Positions 25,478 to 28,265 of a DNA stretch of 28,265 nucleotides are shown in pieces. This DNA is from an uncultured Polyangiaceae bacterium (GTDB lineage Bacteria; Myxococcota_A; Polyangia; Polyangiales; Houyiibacteriaceae): contig CAMYMX010000001.1 of NCBI GenBank assembly GCA_947259605.1, positions 1 through 28,265 of the forward strand, written 5' to 3'. Within the stretch, counting starts at the first letter, position 1, and every line of letters starts with the position of its first letter. The notes beneath the pieces were generated by a model. The model did no database searches. It saw only the letters and a program-made list of their open reading frames with translations, and had not been told where the DNA came from. The position numbers and the translations under genes were made by a program.

Positions 25478-26479
25478 GTGCCAAGCCTAAATGATGTCAC
25501 CAAGAGAGCCTCGAAGGGCTCCCTCGACGCAGTGTATGTGCTGGTCGGGGCCGAACGCCTGCTGATCGAGCGCGCGGTCGACGCCGTACGCAAGGCGGTC
25601 GACTCGATGGGCGCGCCGGGCTTCAACATCGAGGTGTTCGACGGCAAGGGGCTCGATGCAGCGCGGGTGATCGCCGCGGCCCGGACCCTTCCGATGATGG
25701 CCGATACACGTCTCGTCTTGGTGCGCCACGTCGACGCCATGACGCCCACCGAGCAAACAAATCTCGCCGCATACCTAGACGATCCAAACGAATCGACCTG
25801 TTTTCTAATGACGGCGACCAAGCTCGACGGGCGCGCCACGCTGGCCAAGGCTGCAAAAAAGAAAGGCTATCTCGTCGACGCCAAGCCTCTTCGCGGGGCC
25901 TCGCTTCGGGAGTTCATCCGCGCCGAGGCCAAGGCTCGCGAGCACGGCATCGCCCCGCAAGCGATCGAGGCCCTGCTCGATGCGGTCGGCGACGACCTCG
26001 CCGCGATCGACGACGCGATGGAACGCCTCTCGCTGTTCGTAGGCGCAGGCCAGCGCATCGACGCCGACGCCGTCATGACCTGTGTCACGCGGGTTCGCGT
26101 CGAGTCGATTTGGAGCCTGGTCGATGCGATCGGGCTCAAGGACCGTCGCAAGGGCATTGCCGCCGCGCAGTCACTTCTCGACGATCGGGAGCCGCCGCTT
26201 CGGCTTCTCGCCATGGTGGCTCGACAACTCCGAATCGTCGCTCGGATGCGCGAAGCGCTCTCGGAGGGCCTCCGCCCCCAAGAAGCGGCCAAGCGCGCAG
26301 GCGCCCCTCCCTTCAAAGCGGGCGACCTCACCGAGTCGGCCCGGCGATTCACGTCCGACAGCCTAGGGAACGCCTTCAAGCTGATCGCAGAAACCGATCG
26401 CGCGCTCAAGAGCAGCAAGCGCCCGCCGGACCTGGTCCTCGAGGACGCGGTGCTGGAGCTCTGCGCGGATGCTCCTTGA
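25478..26479 (+). CDS. holA: DNA polymerase III delta subunit
   Basis: VYVLVGAERLLI, FNIEVFDG, TLPMMADTRLVLV, GDDLAAIDDAMERLSLF, SIWSLVDAI, PLRLLAMVARQLR and ETDRALKSS. Convergent with rpsT, as in many bacteria. Confidence 0.93.
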   Translation: MPSLNDVTKRASKGSLDAVYVLVGAERLLIERAVDAVRKAVDSMGAPGFNIEVFDGKGLDAARVIAAARTLPMMADTRLVLVRHVDAMTPTEQTNLAAYLDDPNESTCFLMTATKLDGRATLAKAAKKKGYLVDAKPLRGASLREFIRAEAKAREHGIAPQAIEALLDAVGDDLAAIDDAMERLSLFVGAGQRIDADAVMTCVTRVRVESIWSLVDAIGLKDRRKGIAAAQSLLDDREPPLRLLAMVARQLRIVARMREALSEGLRPQEAAKRAGAPPFKAGDLTESARRFTSDSLGNAFKLIAETDRALKSSKRPPDLVLEDAVLELCADAP

Positions 26480-26532
26480 TCGACCAGACCGACTCAAAGC
26501 CGGCCGGCACGAAATCGACATGGAGCTGGCGG

Positions 26533-26799
26533 TCAGCTCTGGAGGGAGTTGACCTGGTGGGTCAGCCTAGCGATGTACCGCGAACCGGTCTTGCGATGGT
26601 AGATGCCCTTCGACACCGCGCCGTCGATACGGCTCACGGCCTCGATGAGCGCCTTCTTCGCCGCCGCGGCATCGCCGGTCTCGATCGCAGCGCGGACGCG
26701 CTTCACGCAGGTGCGCACGTTTGTGCGGATGTGACGGTTGCGCGCGGTTCGCTTAATCGTCTGGCGGACTCGCTTTTTTGCTGAGGCGTGGTTGGCCAC
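26533..26799 (-). CDS. rpsT: 30S ribosomal protein S20
   Basis: MANHASAKKRVRQTIKRTARNRHIRT...KGIYHRKTGSRYIARL. GTG start with GGGAGGA SD. Confidence 0.97.
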   Translation of the reverse strand: MANHASAKKRVRQTIKRTARNRHIRTNVRTCVKRVRAAIETGDAAAAKKALIEAVSRIDGAVSKGIYHRKTGSRYIARLTHQVNSLQS

Positions 26800-26826
26800 T
26801 CGGATATCCTCCCCGTAGGGACGCGG

Positions 26827-26855
26827 GTGGTAGCCCTGCCTCGGGGGGCTGTCAA
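26827..26855 (-). promoter_or_regulatory. Sigma70 promoter of rpsT
   Basis: Minus strand has a perfect TTGACA (26855-26850), exactly 17 nt, then TACCAC (26832-26827). Confidence 0.6.
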
Positions 26856-26871
26856 GCCGGTCGCAGGAACC

Positions 26872-26900
26872 TTGCGAGACACGCTTCTACCAGGCATACA
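26872..26900 (+). promoter_or_regulatory. Candidate promoter for a leaderless MMPL/RND transcript
   Basis: TTGCGA (26872-26877), 17 nt, CATACA (26895-26900). GTG follows 5 nt later with no SD. Confidence 0.3.
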
Positions 26901-26905
26901 GGCCC

Positions 26906-28265
<1,360 letters not shown>

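Overview
Gene-dense, high-GC (about 65% by eye) core-chromosome segment, most likely from a myxobacterium (Myxococcota, probably Polyangia). That assignment is inferred from the giant cytoplasmic TPR proteins with an SRPP-type motif and the holA/rpsT arrangement. Left to right: a 5'-truncated crotonyl-CoA carboxylase/reductase (ccr) coupled to methylsuccinyl-CoA dehydrogenase (mcd), both of the ethylmalonyl-CoA pathway; a GT-C glycosyltransferase with two membrane-anchored, Thr-nucleophile sulfatase-fold/LtaS-like enzymes; a DUF938 methyltransferase; a YrbG-type Ca2+/Na+ antiporter; a tightly coupled six-gene run (SDR, giant TPR 1, giant TPR 2, degenerate metallophosphoesterase, nadD, DUF2520/PanG-like); a convergent Clp ATPase lacking both the M-domain and the D1 pore-loop tyrosine; a secreted hypothetical protein; holA; rpsT; and a 3'-truncated MMPL/RND transporter with an acidic insert that the ORF track missed. 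I saw no rRNA, tRNA, CRISPR array or mobile element. The best candidate for an undescribed system is the apparent pseudo-enzyme scaffold: two ~1500-aa alpha-solenoids ending in catalytically dead M48-peptidase-like domains, followed by a Vps29/YfcE-like dead phosphoesterase. All family assignments come from motif recognition by eye, with no database searches.
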